Source of the DNA: Anaerotignum sp.
GTDB lineage: Bacteria > Bacillota > Clostridia > Lachnospirales > Anaerotignaceae
Assembly: GCA_047972635.1 (NCBI GenBank)
Contig: JBKEAS010000128.1
Location: 1 to 46,362 of the forward strand
DNA: 46,362 nt
Direction: 5' to 3'
In this document: piece after piece, positions 9,096-19,027 of the stretch
How the letters are laid out: the number at the start of each line of letters is the position of its first letter
Position numbering within the stretch: position 1 is the stretch's first letter
The notes under the pieces: model-generated
Told to the model about the DNA's origin: nothing
The model's database searches: none
The model's input: the letters and a program-made list of their open reading frames with translations, nothing else
Program-made: the position numbers and the translations under genes

Positions 9096-10523
9096 CTATA
9101 TAATATTATATTTTTCAATTTTATTATACAGGCTAGTTCTGGAAATTTTTAATAATTTTGCAGCCATACTTCGATTTCCTTTGGTCATTTCTAATACTTT
9201 CATAATGGCTTCTCTCTCTGCACGGTCTCTAATCTCTTCCAAAGGATTTCCTATGGAATGAAATAAAGTGTCATTTTCAGAAAGTAAAGCTTCCGTTAAA
9301 AAATTCCCAAAATGCGCCGGAAGCAATAGGCCTTCTTGGCAATTATTCATAGCTCTTTCCAGTATATTGTATAATTCTCTGACATTTCCTGGCCAGTCGT
9401 GATACATCAATAAGTCCAAGGCTTCCTTTGAAATACCTGTCACATTTTTCCTCATCGTTTTATTTAAGCGTTTGATCTGGCTCTCTGTTAATACTGCGAT
9501 GTCTTCTTTCCTCTCCAGTAACGGTGGTACACGAATTTCTACCACATTCAAACGATAATATAAATCCTCTCGAAATTTTCCTTGTGCAACCATTTCTTTT
9601 AAGTTCTTATTTGAGGCAGCGATTACACGGATGTCGACAGGAACTTTCTTGCCCCCAATTAATGTAACCTCTTTTTCCTGCAAAACCCTTAGTAGCTTGG
9701 GCTGCACATGATACGGCAGGAGATCAATTTCATCAAGAAAAATTGTACTTTTATCAGCCATTTCAAATCGCCCCACAAAACCGCCCTTTTTTGCTCCCGT
9801 GAAAGCCCCTTCCTCGTAACCGAACAATTCACTTTCCACAAGATTTTCAGGGATTGCCGCACAATTAATTTCTATCATTTCTTTACTTCTTCTTCTGCTT
9901 ATATTATGAATGGAATGAGCCACCAATTCCTTGCCACAGCCCGTAGGCCCCATAATCATAACGGTTGATTCAGACTGAGAACTAAGATGAATTTTTTTAC
10001 GTAATTCAACAATCTCAGTACTCTCTCCAATAATATCCGATACACAGTATTTTACCCGATCCAGTTTATTGGAAAGTTCATAAATCGTATTCACAACTTC
10101 TTTTAGGTTTAGAAATCCTTTCATCGAGTAGTCTACGACCTTATCCAGAAAAGATTTTAGCGCATGGTCCTCCGAAAATATGTCGTAGTCGACAGCACCT
10201 ACTAATTTATCTCCTCGAAAAACAGGCTTAATTTTGGCAACATTTGTTACACCAACAGCAAAATAAAAGCAATCTGGATTTTCTTGTTTTTTCTCAAGCG
10301 TTTCACAAATCTTACTTAGAGGATGAACATCTAAAATGTGTTTCCCCACCACATCTTTTGAAATAGGTCTGCCTACAATCACCTCAACAGCTTTGTACAT
10401 ATCCGGTGAAAAGTACTTGATCTTTCCTTCCTCATCTACAATAACCATATTGTCTATTGCATCAAACACATCTCGACATTCTTCTAAGGTCATATCAAAG
10501 TTGTTCATTTCTTCGTCCTTCAA
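9096..10523 (-). CDS. Sigma54-dependent transcriptional activator (PAS-like sensor, AAA+, Fis HTH; RocR/PrdR-like architecture)
   Basis: GPTGCGKE, ESELFGYEEGAFTGA, FLDEID, FREDLYYRLNV, WPGNVREL and the C-terminal HTH GNRSMAAKLLKISRTSLYNK. TTG start. Confidence 0.95.
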   Translation of the reverse strand: MKDEEMNNFDMTLEECRDVFDAIDNMVIVDEEGKIKYFSPDMYKAVEVIVGRPISKDVVGKHILDVHPLSKICETLEKKQENPDCFYFAVGVTNVAKIKPVFRGDKLVGAVDYDIFSEDHALKSFLDKVVDYSMKGFLNLKEVVNTIYELSNKLDRVKYCVSDIIGESTEIVELRKKIHLSSQSESTVMIMGPTGCGKELVAHSIHNISRRRSKEMIEINCAAIPENLVESELFGYEEGAFTGAKKGGFVGRFEMADKSTIFLDEIDLLPYHVQPKLLRVLQEKEVTLIGGKKVPVDIRVIAASNKNLKEMVAQGKFREDLYYRLNVVEIRVPPLLERKEDIAVLTESQIKRLNKTMRKNVTGISKEALDLLMYHDWPGNVRELYNILERAMNNCQEGLLLPAHFGNFLTEALLSENDTLFHSIGNPLEEIRDRAEREAIMKVLEMTKGNRSMAAKLLKISRTSLYNKIEKYNII

Positions 10524-10837
10524 AATTACCCCTCACATTCTCTTGAAATAACCCAAACTATTTGGTAAAAATAATCTCACTTTGCATATATCAATTGCAT
10601 TAAAAAATATTTTTCTCTTAAATTGCTATCCATACCTTCTCATAAATAATTTATAACTTTCATTTGCCATAGTATGCCAAGGCAAAACTGTTTCGATGTA
10701 GCTCGTATCCTATTGAACCTATAAACCTACATAAGAATTTGTGCACTTCGTTTTATTCTATACTATGAAAATATAATTTTCTCAAATACATCGTATTTCC
10801 ATCTCTAGCTACAGCAAAATTTGCATTCATTGTAACT

Positions 10838-10866
10838 ATTATATCATCATATTATACGCAAGTAAA
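10838..10866 (-). promoter_or_regulatory. Candidate SigA promoter of the activator gene
   Basis: TTTACT-17 bp-TATAAT with an extended -10 TG. The context is AT-rich, so a chance match is possible. Confidence 0.4.
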
Positions 10867-11017
10867 TTTTAAAAACACTTATTTGAGTGGTGATTTTTGT
10901 AAAAAAATATAAATCAGCTTATCTTCTTGATATGCCCTTCACTTATTCAAATCACATTCTTTATGTCTCAAATAAATCCTTCGTAATAAAAAATCTGACT
11001 CTTTCTAAAATCAGCAC

Positions 11018-11063
11018 AAAAAAAGAACCTATAGATTCTGATTTAACAAAACCTATAGGTTCC
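11018..11063 (-). terminator. Intrinsic terminator of the alpha operon
   Basis: GAACCTATAG...CTATAGGTTC stem followed by T7 on the minus strand, just after rplQ. Confidence 0.85.
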
Positions 11064-11069
11064 TAATAA

Positions 11070-11612
11070 TTATACTAATTCGATGAATACTTCCATCGCG
11101 CCGTCGCCTTTTCTAGCGCCTAATTTCACGATTCTTGTGTAACCACCGTTACGACCTACATACTTAGGTGCAATCTCATCAAACATCTTAGCAGCCATGT
11201 CTACCTCTTTGCTCAAGCTTCTAACTTTTTTGCCATCAGCAGGAACTTCAGTTACTGGGTAGATGTAAGCTAACATCTGACGTCTAGCAACAAGTCTAGA
11301 AGGTCTATCCTTCTTAACTGTTTTTTTAACTTCATCATAAACAGTTACTTTCTTACCGTTTACAACTTCTTTCACACGCTTACCATTTGCGTCTTTTTTT
11401 GCTACCTTAGCTGTCACTTCTACTTCATCGAAGTTGTCTTTTTCTTTTACAGCCAATGTAATAAGCTTTTCAGCGATTCTTCTTACTTCTTTCGCTCTAG
11501 TTTCTGTTGTTTTAATTTTGCCGTGATACAACAAATTTGTTACTTGGTTTCTTAACAATGCCTTTCTTTGAGGTGTTGTTTTACCAAGTTTTCTATAACC
11601 GGATGCATGCAT
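11070..11612 (-). CDS. rplQ: 50S ribosomal protein L17 (long, 180 aa form)
   Basis: [25 protein letters not shown] and [21 protein letters not shown] 11612 behind AAGGAGG. Confidence 0.97.
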   Translation of the reverse strand: MHASGYRKLGKTTPQRKALLRNQVTNLLYHGKIKTTETRAKEVRRIAEKLITLAVKEKDNFDEVEVTAKVAKKDANGKRVKEVVNGKKVTVYDEVKKTVKKDRPSRLVARRQMLAYIYPVTEVPADGKKVRSLSKEVDMAAKMFDEIAPKYVGRNGGYTRIVKLGARKGDGAMEVFIELV

Positions 11613-11718
11613 GGTTCGTATCCTCCTTGTTGATACCCATACGATAGTGCCCGCCACCACAGCTCATCGGTCTTATGTGAAGGCGTAATCGTACAGTAAT
11701 TATAGTAACAAGCAAAGC

Positions 11719-12678
11719 TTACTCGTCGCTAGGTCTTAGCACCAAGCCGAGCTCTGCCATTTTGTTCAATACTTCTTCCAAAGACTTGCGTCCCAGATTT
11801 CTAACTTTCATCATTTCTTCTTCCGTTTTGTTCGCTAAGTCTTCCACAGTGTTGATACCGGCTCTTTTCAAGCAGTTATAAGAACGAACGGAAAGATCAA
11901 GTTCTTCTATACTCATTTCAAGAACTTTTTCTTTCTTACCTTCCTCTTTTTCAACCATAATGGAAGCATCTTTTGCGTTATCGGAAAGATCAATGAACAA
12001 GTTTAAGTGTTCATTCAAAATTTTTGCACCGTAACTTACTGCATCATCAGGTGCGATGGTGCCATTGGTCCACACTTCTAAAGACAATTTGTCATAATCA
12101 GTGATCTGACCTACACGAGTATTTTCTACAAGAAAATTAACTCTAGTCACAGGTGTAAAAATACTGTCAACAGGAAGCATGCCAATAGGTTGGTCATCCT
12201 TCTTATTTTTGTCTGCACCAATGTAGCCGCGTCCTTTGTTGATGGTAATTTCCATATAAAGCTTGCTTGTAGCACCACCAGAAAGTGTCGCAATATGATG
12301 CTCAGGATTTAAAATTTCGATATCGCTATCACATTTAATATCAGAGCCCTTTACTTCACCTTCACCCTCGATGTCAATATATGCAACCTTGGGTTCATTT
12401 CCTTCACTGGTGTTTTTAATTGCAAGTCCTTTCAAGTTCAAAATAATCTCTGTAACGTCTTCTTTTACGCCGGGAATTACGCTAAACTCATGAAGCACAC
12501 CATCGATCTTCACGTTGCTGACAGCAGCCCCTGGAAGAGAGGAAAGTAAAATCCTTCTAAGGGAATTACCTAATGTGGTACCATAGCCTCTTTCTAAAGG
12601 CTCTACCACAAATTTGCCATAAGTTCCGTCCGGTGCCATCTCAGCAATCTCAATACGAGGTTTCTCAAATTCAAACAC
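11719..12678 (-). CDS. rpoA: RNA polymerase alpha subunit
   Basis: [22 protein letters not shown] and [17 protein letters not shown] start. Confidence 0.99.
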   Translation of the reverse strand: MFEFEKPRIEIAEMAPDGTYGKFVVEPLERGYGTTLGNSLRRILLSSLPGAAVSNVKIDGVLHEFSVIPGVKEDVTEIILNLKGLAIKNTSEGNEPKVAYIDIEGEGEVKGSDIKCDSDIEILNPEHHIATLSGGATSKLYMEITINKGRGYIGADKNKKDDQPIGMLPVDSIFTPVTRVNFLVENTRVGQITDYDKLSLEVWTNGTIAPDDAVSYGAKILNEHLNLFIDLSDNAKDASIMVEKEEGKKEKVLEMSIEELDLSVRSYNCLKRAGINTVEDLANKTEEEMMKVRNLGRKSLEEVLNKMAELGLVLRPSDE

Positions 12679-12768
12679 TCATTCAAACCTCCCTTTTTTA
12701 TATTAAGGTGCTGCGGGACGATTGCCCCACAGCTTTTTTGATTGACTATTTTGCACAACCGTTTCAGA

Positions 12769-13371
12769 TTATTTGGAGTACAATTCGACGATAAATGTTT
12801 CTTCAACAGGAATATCGATTTGTGCTCTCGTAGGTTTTGCTACTACTGTACCGGTTAAACCATCATGGTTTGCAGACAACCATTCAGGAACAAGTCTACC
12901 GTCTGTAACGGATAAAACGTCTTTGTATCTCTGAATGGATTTGTATTTTTCTTTCACTTCAACTACGTCGCCAACCTTAACCTGGTAGGAAGGGATGTCA
13001 ACGGGTTTGCCGTTTACCAAAACATGTTTATGGCGAACAATCTGTCTAGCTTCTTTTCTAGTTCTGCCATAACCAAGACGGAACATTACATTGTCCAATC
13101 TCATTTCGAGCAACATAAGTAGGTTTTCACCAGGAATACCTTCTTTTTTAGCAATTTTTTCAGCCTGTGCATAGTAGCCTCTAAACTGTTTTTCTAAAAC
13201 GCCGTAGATGAATTTCGCTTTTTGCTTTTCTCTCATCTGAAGGCCATATTCACTCATTTTCTTGTTTGCTCTTAAATTTTGCTTTTTAGATTTTTTATCG
13301 ATACCAAGGTAGATGGGATCTAGGTTTAAAGATCTACATCTCTTCAGTACGGGTACTCTATCTCTTGCCAT
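12769..13371 (-). CDS. rpsD: 30S ribosomal protein S4
   Basis: SEYGLQMREKQK, LEMRLDN and IVELYSK. Only one N-terminal Cys, so no zinc ribbon. Confidence 0.99.
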   Translation of the reverse strand: MARDRVPVLKRCRSLNLDPIYLGIDKKSKKQNLRANKKMSEYGLQMREKQKAKFIYGVLEKQFRGYYAQAEKIAKKEGIPGENLLMLLEMRLDNVMFRLGYGRTRKEARQIVRHKHVLVNGKPVDIPSYQVKVGDVVEVKEKYKSIQRYKDVLSVTDGRLVPEWLSANHDGLTGTVVAKPTRAQIDIPVEETFIVELYSK

Positions 13372-13392
13372 TTATTCTACACCTCCTGATGA

Positions 13393-13794
13393 TTATACTC
13401 TTCTGCGTTTCGGTGGTCTACAACCATTGTGAGGAACAGGCGTTACATCTTTAATCATTGTAACATCTAATCCAGCAGCCTGCAATGCACGGATTGCAGC
13501 TTCACGGCCAGAACCAGGTCCTTTAACGAAAACTTCAATTGTTTTCAAACCGTAATCGGAAGCAGCCTTTGCAGCTGTATCTGCAGCCATCTGTGCTGCA
13601 TAAGGTGTGGATTTTTTAGAACCTCTGAAACCTAACTGACCTGCACTTGCCCAAGACAATGCATTGCCAACAGCATCAGTAATTGTAACAATTGTATTGT
13701 TAAAAGTAGACTGAATGTGAGCCTGGCCACGTTCTACTTTTCTTTTGTCACGGCGTCTGCGAGTTGTTGTCTTTTTCACAGTTTTCTTAGCCAT
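13393..13794 (-). CDS. rpsK: 30S ribosomal protein S11
   Basis: [12 protein letters not shown] and [18 protein letters not shown]. Confidence 0.99.
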   Translation of the reverse strand: MAKKTVKKTTTRRRRDKRKVERGQAHIQSTFNNTIVTITDAVGNALSWASAGQLGFRGSKKSTPYAAQMAADTAAKAASDYGLKTIEVFVKGPGSGREAAIRALQAAGLDVTMIKDVTPVPHNGCRPPKRRRV

Positions 13795-13819
13795 TATTCA
13801 AACCTCCTTATGAAATCAA

Positions 13820-14188
13820 TTATTTCTTCTTATTCGCAACGGTCTTTCTAGGGCCTTTTCTTGTTCTTGCATTTGTTTTTGTTTTCTGGCCTCTTACAGG
13901 TAAACCTTTTCTGTGGCGAATGCCTCTGTAACAGCCGATTTCAATCAGACGCTTGATGTTCAGAGCAACCTCTCTTCTCAAGTCACCTTCAACCTTCTGA
14001 GATTTTTCAATTACTTCACGAATTTTCGCTACTTCATCATCAGTCAAATCTCTAACTCTTGTGCTAAGATCAACACCTGCTTCATTCAGGATGCGAACTG
14101 CACTGCGATGACCAATGCCGTAAACATAAGTCAGACCAATTTCTACGCGTTTTTCTCTTGGTAAATCTACACCAGCAATACGTGCCAT
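13820..14188 (-). CDS. rpsM: 30S ribosomal protein S13
   Basis: [10 protein letters not shown] and [18 protein letters not shown]. Confidence 0.99.
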   Translation of the reverse strand: MARIAGVDLPREKRVEIGLTYVYGIGHRSAVRILNEAGVDLSTRVRDLTDDEVAKIREVIEKSQKVEGDLRREVALNIKRLIEIGCYRGIRHRKGLPVRGQKTKTNARTRKGPRKTVANKKK

Positions 14189-14403
14189 GTATACATTGCA
14201 CCTCCTATTATATTCACTAAAACTATGGTTAATTTCAATTATATTCGCATAAATGATTATACTCGTTGGGCATTACAAACAGAGTGAGCAGCCGTCAGCC
14301 TGCACGCTGCCTCCGCTATTAACTGTATGCTCCTTCGGGTATCTTGACGGATTTATCAAACGACCTTTAAAGGTATTCCCCTTGGATAGTCATATAATAT
14401 ATA

Positions 14404-14517
14404 TCAGCCTTGTTTTTGTTTATGCTTGGGATTTTCACAAATGACCATTACACGACCTTTTCTTTTGATGATTCTGCATTTTTCACACATGGGTTTTACA
14501 GATGGTCTTACTTTCAT
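14404..14517 (-). CDS. rpmJ: 50S ribosomal protein L36 (zinc-binding form)
   Basis: Hand translation gives [45 protein letters not shown]. Too short for the ORF track. Confidence 0.99.
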   Translation of the reverse strand: MKVRPSVKPMCEKCRIIKRKGRVMVICENPKHKQKQG

Positions 14518-14534
14518 TGTGATCGCTCCTTCCT

Positions 14535-14753
14535 TTATTTCGCTCTCCAAATAATTCTGCCTTTAGTCAGGTCGTATGGAGACATTTCAACTAATACTTT
14601 ATCACCTGGCAAAATACGGATAAAATTCATACGCAATTTCCCAGAAATATGTGCCAATATCTGATGGCCATTTTCTAACTCCACCTGGAACATGGCATTA
14701 GGTAATTTTTCCAGTACGGTTCCTTCTACTTCAATTACGTCATCTTTTGACAA
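14535..14753 (-). CDS. infA: Translation initiation factor IF-1
   Basis: [13 protein letters not shown] and [23 protein letters not shown] start. Confidence 0.99.
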   Translation of the reverse strand: MSKDDVIEVEGTVLEKLPNAMFQVELENGHQILAHISGKLRMNFIRILPGDKVLVEMSPYDLTKGRIIWRAK

Positions 14754-14766
14754 GCTAAGAACCTCC

Positions 14767-15042
14767 TCAACAGTCTATTGCTTTCATTTGATACAATTTC
14801 AAAGCCTTCCTAATGTCTGCATCCAAAATATATTCGTTCTGCTTCAATTTTTCGGCCACATTTTCGTCCACATATTGCGTCGGTTGAACATGAATGATTT
14901 TTTTTCGCTTAGGTTTTGCAACCTTGCGTCTTTCTCCATTAGCCAGATATAAATATCTGTCCTCAACAGAAAGAACCATCATAATTTCGCCCTTATCGTG
15001 TCCGCCTTTAGAATAAACAATTTGCCCGAGTTTATATTCCAA
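14767..15042 (-). CDS. KOW-motif RNA-binding protein (L14e-like)
   Basis: [13 protein letters not shown]...[15 protein letters not shown], at the usual Firmicute map-infA position. TTG 15042 fits SD GAGGTG (alternative GTG 15051). Confidence 0.85.
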   Translation of the reverse strand: MEYKLGQIVYSKGGHDKGEIMMVLSVEDRYLYLANGERRKVAKPKRKKIIHVQPTQYVDENVAEKLKQNEYILDADIRKALKLYQMKAIDC

Positions 15043-15069
15043 CGTAATCACCTCAATCTTTCATTACGT

Positions 15070-15822
15070 CTATCGTGGTAACGTAAGAATTTCGGGTCCA
15101 TCATCTGTAATCAGAATGGTATTTTCATAATGTGCTGAATACTTGCCATCCTTAGTAACTGCAGTCCATCCATCTTTTAATGTACGCACATTGCAGTCCC
15201 CCATATTCACCATAGGCTCAATTGCTAAGGTCATTCCTTTTACCAAGCGAACACCTCTGCCAAAGGTTTTATAGTTAGGGATTTCTGGTGCTTCATGCAA
15301 TTGTGTACCAATGCCATGCCCTACATAAGCACGTACAACGGAAAATCCATTTTTTTCTACGTACTTTTGTATTGCAGAACCAATATCATTGAGATAATTG
15401 CCTTCTTTTGCAAAAGTTATACCTTCAAAAAAGCTTTGCTTTGTTACCTCAATTAATTTTTTTGCTTCTGGTGAAATCTCACCAACGGCATAAGTTCTGG
15501 CCATATCCGCATGATAACCGCCTAAGATACATCCCATATCCACGCTAAGGATATCCCCTTCTTTTAGTACACGCTCACTTGGAATTCCATGCACAACCTC
15601 TTCATTAATAGAAGTACAAAGTGTTCCAGGAAATCCACCGTATCCCTTAAAAGAGGGCGTTGCCTCATGGCTACGGATATAATCTTCTGCCAATTTATCA
15701 AGATAGGATGTGGTCACACCAGGTACAACTGCCTTTGCAATAACTGCTTCCACTTCCGCTAAAAGATTACCGGCTCTACGCATCTTATCAATCTGATTTT
15801 CAGTTTTGATCGTAATAGACAT
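15070..15822 (-). CDS. map: Methionine aminopeptidase type I
   Basis: SINEEVVHGIP, GHGIG..LHE, IEPMVN and SAHYENT. Confidence 0.98.
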   Translation of the reverse strand: MSITIKTENQIDKMRRAGNLLAEVEAVIAKAVVPGVTTSYLDKLAEDYIRSHEATPSFKGYGGFPGTLCTSINEEVVHGIPSERVLKEGDILSVDMGCILGGYHADMARTYAVGEISPEAKKLIEVTKQSFFEGITFAKEGNYLNDIGSAIQKYVEKNGFSVVRAYVGHGIGTQLHEAPEIPNYKTFGRGVRLVKGMTLAIEPMVNMGDCNVRTLKDGWTAVTKDGKYSAHYENTILITDDGPEILTLPR

Positions 15823-15823
15823 A

Positions 15824-16453
15824 TTATTTCTCCAGACCTTCTACGATCGCCTTTGTAATTTCATCAATCTCTCGTGTACCATCCACTTCGATCAAGATGT
15901 TTTTATTTCCATAGAACCCAACCAAAGGCATGCTTTGTTCATGGAATGTTCTAATCCTTGCAAGTCCTGCTTCGTTTGTATCATCTTTGCGCTGTGTCAA
16001 TGTTTCCCCGCAAATATCACAAATACCCGCTTGTTTTGCAGGTAAGAACAGTTTATTGTAAGTCGCACCACATTTAGGACAAGTTTCTCTTGCTGTCAGT
16101 CTAGCCAACATAACCTCATCCGGTGCATTGATATAAACAACTTTATCCAGAGCTACCATCTCTTCAAGCTTTTCAGCCTGAATAGCTGTACGAGGGAAAC
16201 CATCCAAAATGAAACCATTTTTACAATCATCTTTTTGAATTCTCTCTTTTACGATAGCAATGATTAATTCGTCAGAAACTAGGCCACCGGAAGCCATAAT
16301 GCTTTTTGCCTGATTGCCAAGTTCTGTACCCTTTGCAACTTCTTCTCTCAGCATATCGCCCGTAGAAATATGAGCTATACCATAATGCTTAACCAGTCTT
16401 GCAGCCTGTGTACCTTTGCCTGCAGCGGGTGCACCAATGAGAACCAATTTCAT
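15824..16453 (-). CDS. adk: Adenylate kinase
   Basis: GAPAAGKGTQA, FILDGFPRT and a zinc lid CPKC..CDIC. Start moved to ATG 16453. Confidence 0.98.
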   Translation of the reverse strand: MKLVLIGAPAAGKGTQAARLVKHYGIAHISTGDMLREEVAKGTELGNQAKSIMASGGLVSDELIIAIVKERIQKDDCKNGFILDGFPRTAIQAEKLEEMVALDKVVYINAPDEVMLARLTARETCPKCGATYNKLFLPAKQAGICDICGETLTQRKDDTNEAGLARIRTFHEQSMPLVGFYGNKNILIEVDGTREIDEITKAIVEGLEK

Positions 16454-16588
16454 AACAATCACTACCTCTTTTCCTCTGATAGCCCTTCTTTTCCGCAATA
16501 ACATCCCTCTCGACCTGGAAGTGAACTTATAGGTCAACCCATAGGCTGACCTATAAGAAATGCTCTTCCATTTCTCAACAGGTCAAGA

Positions 16589-17854
16589 TTACTCACTCAA
16601 AAACCCTTTGTAATGACGCATAAGCAGCTGGCTTTCCAATGACTTTACAATATCTAATGCAACACCAACAACGATAATCAGTGTTGTACCACCAAAACCT
16701 ACGTTGATCTTGAAAATCCACTGTAAAACAACAGGAACCATAGCTAAGATTGCGTAACAAATCGCACCTACTAAAGTAATTCTGCTTACAACTCTAGTAA
16801 TATAGGCACTTGTGGGCTGACCCGGTCTAATTCCAGGGATAAAACCACCATTCTTCTTCATATTCATCGCAATTTCGTTTGGATTGATTACAATCGAAGT
16901 ATAGAAATATGTGAAGAAGATAATAAGCATTACATACAAACACGCGCCAATAGGGTGTGTCATATTCAGAACTTCAATAATTTTAGTAAATGTCGCACCT
17001 TTATCTGGGATAAAGTTACCAATTTGCTGTGGGAACTGTAACAGTGAAATCGCAAAGATAATAGAAATTACACCTGCGGTATTCACCTTGATTGGCATAG
17101 TTGTGTTATTTCCACGTACCTGCTTATGTCCTGCCATTTTTGAAGAATAATGCACAGGCAATCTTCTCTCACCGGTGTTTACACACACGATGAATGCCAA
17201 AACAATAAGAAGTGCCACCAAAATCGCAACTACTTTAGCAATACCAACTGCACCAGAACCAGAAATTGTGTAGTACATACTAGCAATCCCCTGTGGTAAG
17301 TTGGATACGATGTTGATAAAAATAATCATGGAAGAACCATTACCAATACCTTTTGCCGTAATTTGTTCTGCCAACCACATAACAAATGTGGAACCACAAA
17401 CCAAACAAAGTACAGAAGCTACATATACCAACGCATTGTCGGTCAAGTACATATTCTGGTAAGTATATGTCAGACCCGCACCCTGGATTAGCGCTAACAC
17501 AACCGTTAGATACCTGCTATAGGACTGTAGCTTTTTACGTCCCTCCGGACCTTCCTTTGAAAGTTGTTCAAACTTTGGAATAGCAATCGTTAACAGCTGC
17601 ATGATAATGGAGGCTGTAATGTAAGGACCGATACCCATTGCAAACAGGGACCATCCGGAATTAGCTCCACCAGCAATTAAGTTATATAACGTGCCCATGC
17701 CCGTCGCATCTCTTGCAGCCATTACGCTGGCTGCATCAATACCAGGTAGTGCAATCAATGTACCCAATCTAACAATCGCAAAGATCATCAGCGTGTACAA
17801 AATTTTATTTCTAATTTCTTTCGTTCTCCAGGAGTTAACGAAAATCTTAAACAA
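16589..17854 (-). CDS. secY: Preprotein translocase SecY
   Basis: SLFAMGIGPYITASIIMQLL, GIGNGSS and FIPGIRPG. TTG start abuts the rplO stop. Confidence 0.99.
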   Translation of the reverse strand: MFKIFVNSWRTKEIRNKILYTLMIFAIVRLGTLIALPGIDAASVMAARDATGMGTLYNLIAGGANSGWSLFAMGIGPYITASIIMQLLTIAIPKFEQLSKEGPEGRKKLQSYSRYLTVVLALIQGAGLTYTYQNMYLTDNALVYVASVLCLVCGSTFVMWLAEQITAKGIGNGSSMIIFINIVSNLPQGIASMYYTISGSGAVGIAKVVAILVALLIVLAFIVCVNTGERRLPVHYSSKMAGHKQVRGNNTTMPIKVNTAGVISIIFAISLLQFPQQIGNFIPDKGATFTKIIEVLNMTHPIGACLYVMLIIFFTYFYTSIVINPNEIAMNMKKNGGFIPGIRPGQPTSAYITRVVSRITLVGAICYAILAMVPVVLQWIFKINVGFGGTTLIIVVGVALDIVKSLESQLLMRHYKGFLSE

Positions 17855-18295
17855 TTAAATCACCTCTGCTTTTCCGCCGGCTGCTTCAATTTTTTCAAGT
17901 GCAGTTTTACTAAACTGATTTACTTTAATTGTAAGCTTTCTTTCTAGCTCACCCTCACCGAGAATTTTAATACCATCTCTAGGGTTGCTGATTAAACCAA
18001 CGGCTTTTAAAGCATCGATATCAACTACTGTATCGTTTTCAAAGACATTTAACATACAAACATTAATAGCAACGATATCTTTGCTGTTTCTGCATGTGAA
18101 ACCTCTTTTAGGAAGTCTTCTGTATAAAGGCATCTGGCCGCCTTCAAAACCGGACTTACCGCCGGAACCGGAACGCTGACCCTGACCTTTATGGCCTCTG
18201 CCTGCTGTTTTACCGTTACCTGTTGCATGACCTCTGCCACGTCTCCAACTTTTCCCCTTGGATCCTTCTGCAGGTCTTAATTCGCATAAGTTCAT
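17855..18295 (-). CDS. rplO: 50S ribosomal protein L15
   Basis: GKTAGRGHKGQ and FEGGQMPLYRRLPKRGF. Confidence 0.99.
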   Translation of the reverse strand: MNLCELRPAEGSKGKSWRRGRGHATGNGKTAGRGHKGQGQRSGSGGKSGFEGGQMPLYRRLPKRGFTCRNSKDIVAINVCMLNVFENDTVVDIDALKAVGLISNPRDGIKILGEGELERKLTIKVNQFSKTALEKIEAAGGKAEVI

Positions 18296-18312
18296 TTTGG
18301 CACCTCCTTAAA

Positions 18313-18492
18313 TCAAATTTCTTCAACTTTTACAAGGTGGCTAATTTGATGGATCATACCTCTCATAGCCGCATTGTCCTGTTGAACGACACTGCTGTTT
18401 GTCTTTTTCAAGCCCAAAGCTTGAATTGTTCTTTTATGTTTCGGAATTGCTCCGATTGTAGATTTCACTAATGTGATTTTAATTTCAGCCAC
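18313..18492 (-). CDS. rpmD: 50S ribosomal protein L30
   Basis: [11 protein letters not shown]...ALGLKK. GTG 18492 fits the SD spacing (alternative TTG 18498). Confidence 0.97.
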   Translation of the reverse strand: MAEIKITLVKSTIGAIPKHKRTIQALGLKKTNSSVVQQDNAAMRGMIHQISHLVKVEEI

Positions 18493-18505
18493 TGCCAATT
18501 CCTCC

Positions 18506-19009
18506 TTAACCTAAGAGTTCTTCTACAGTAATGCCACGTAATTTTGCAATTGCTTCAGGTGTAGTCGCTCTAGACAAACCTTCGATTGTTGCACTAACTA
18601 CGTTGCGTTTATTATTGGAACCCAAGGATTTTGTTCTGATGTTACGAACACCGCTCAATTCTAATACCGCACGAGCAGGACCACCAGCGATAATACCGGT
18701 ACCTTCTGGAGCTGGCATTAACAATACTCTTGCACTACCAAAAGTACCTTTAACATCATGATAAATGCTTTCAACATCATTCATGTTTACTTTGATGATG
18801 TTTTTCATAGCATCTTCTTTACCTTTACGGATCGCATCGGGAATTTCAGCCGCTTTGCCCATTCCGCAACCAACGTGGCCATTGCCATCGCCAACTACAA
18901 CAAGAGCTGCGAATCTGAATGTACGACCACCCTTAACAACCTTAGTTACACGGTTGATAGTTACTACTTTATCTTTCAGATCTAAAGTGCTTGGATCGAT
19001 TTTCTTCAA
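18506..19009 (-). CDS. rpsE: 30S ribosomal protein S5
   Basis: [23 protein letters not shown]. Confidence 0.99.
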   Translation of the reverse strand: MKKIDPSTLDLKDKVVTINRVTKVVKGGRTFRFAALVVVGDGNGHVGCGMGKAAEIPDAIRKGKEDAMKNIIKVNMNDVESIYHDVKGTFGSARVLLMPAPEGTGIIAGGPARAVLELSGVRNIRTKSLGSNNKRNVVSATIEGLSRATTPEAIAKLRGITVEELLG

Positions 19010-19027
19010 CGTACTTTCCTCCTTGCC

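Noticed and set aside
9272..9286. CodY-like box CATTTTCAGAAAGTA
   Set aside because: It has three mismatches and lies inside an AT-rich coding region, so a chance match is likely.
10665..10685. TTGGCATACTATGGCA upstream of the activator as a second sigma54 promoter
   Set aside because: The GG-to-GC spacing is 9 nt rather than the required 10, and TTGC is absent.
10524..11017. Hidden gene, IS remnant or att site in the AT-rich gap at the cassette edge
   Set aside because: I found no ORF of 60 aa or more within the gap, no terminal inverted repeats and no direct repeat shared with 4815-5018.
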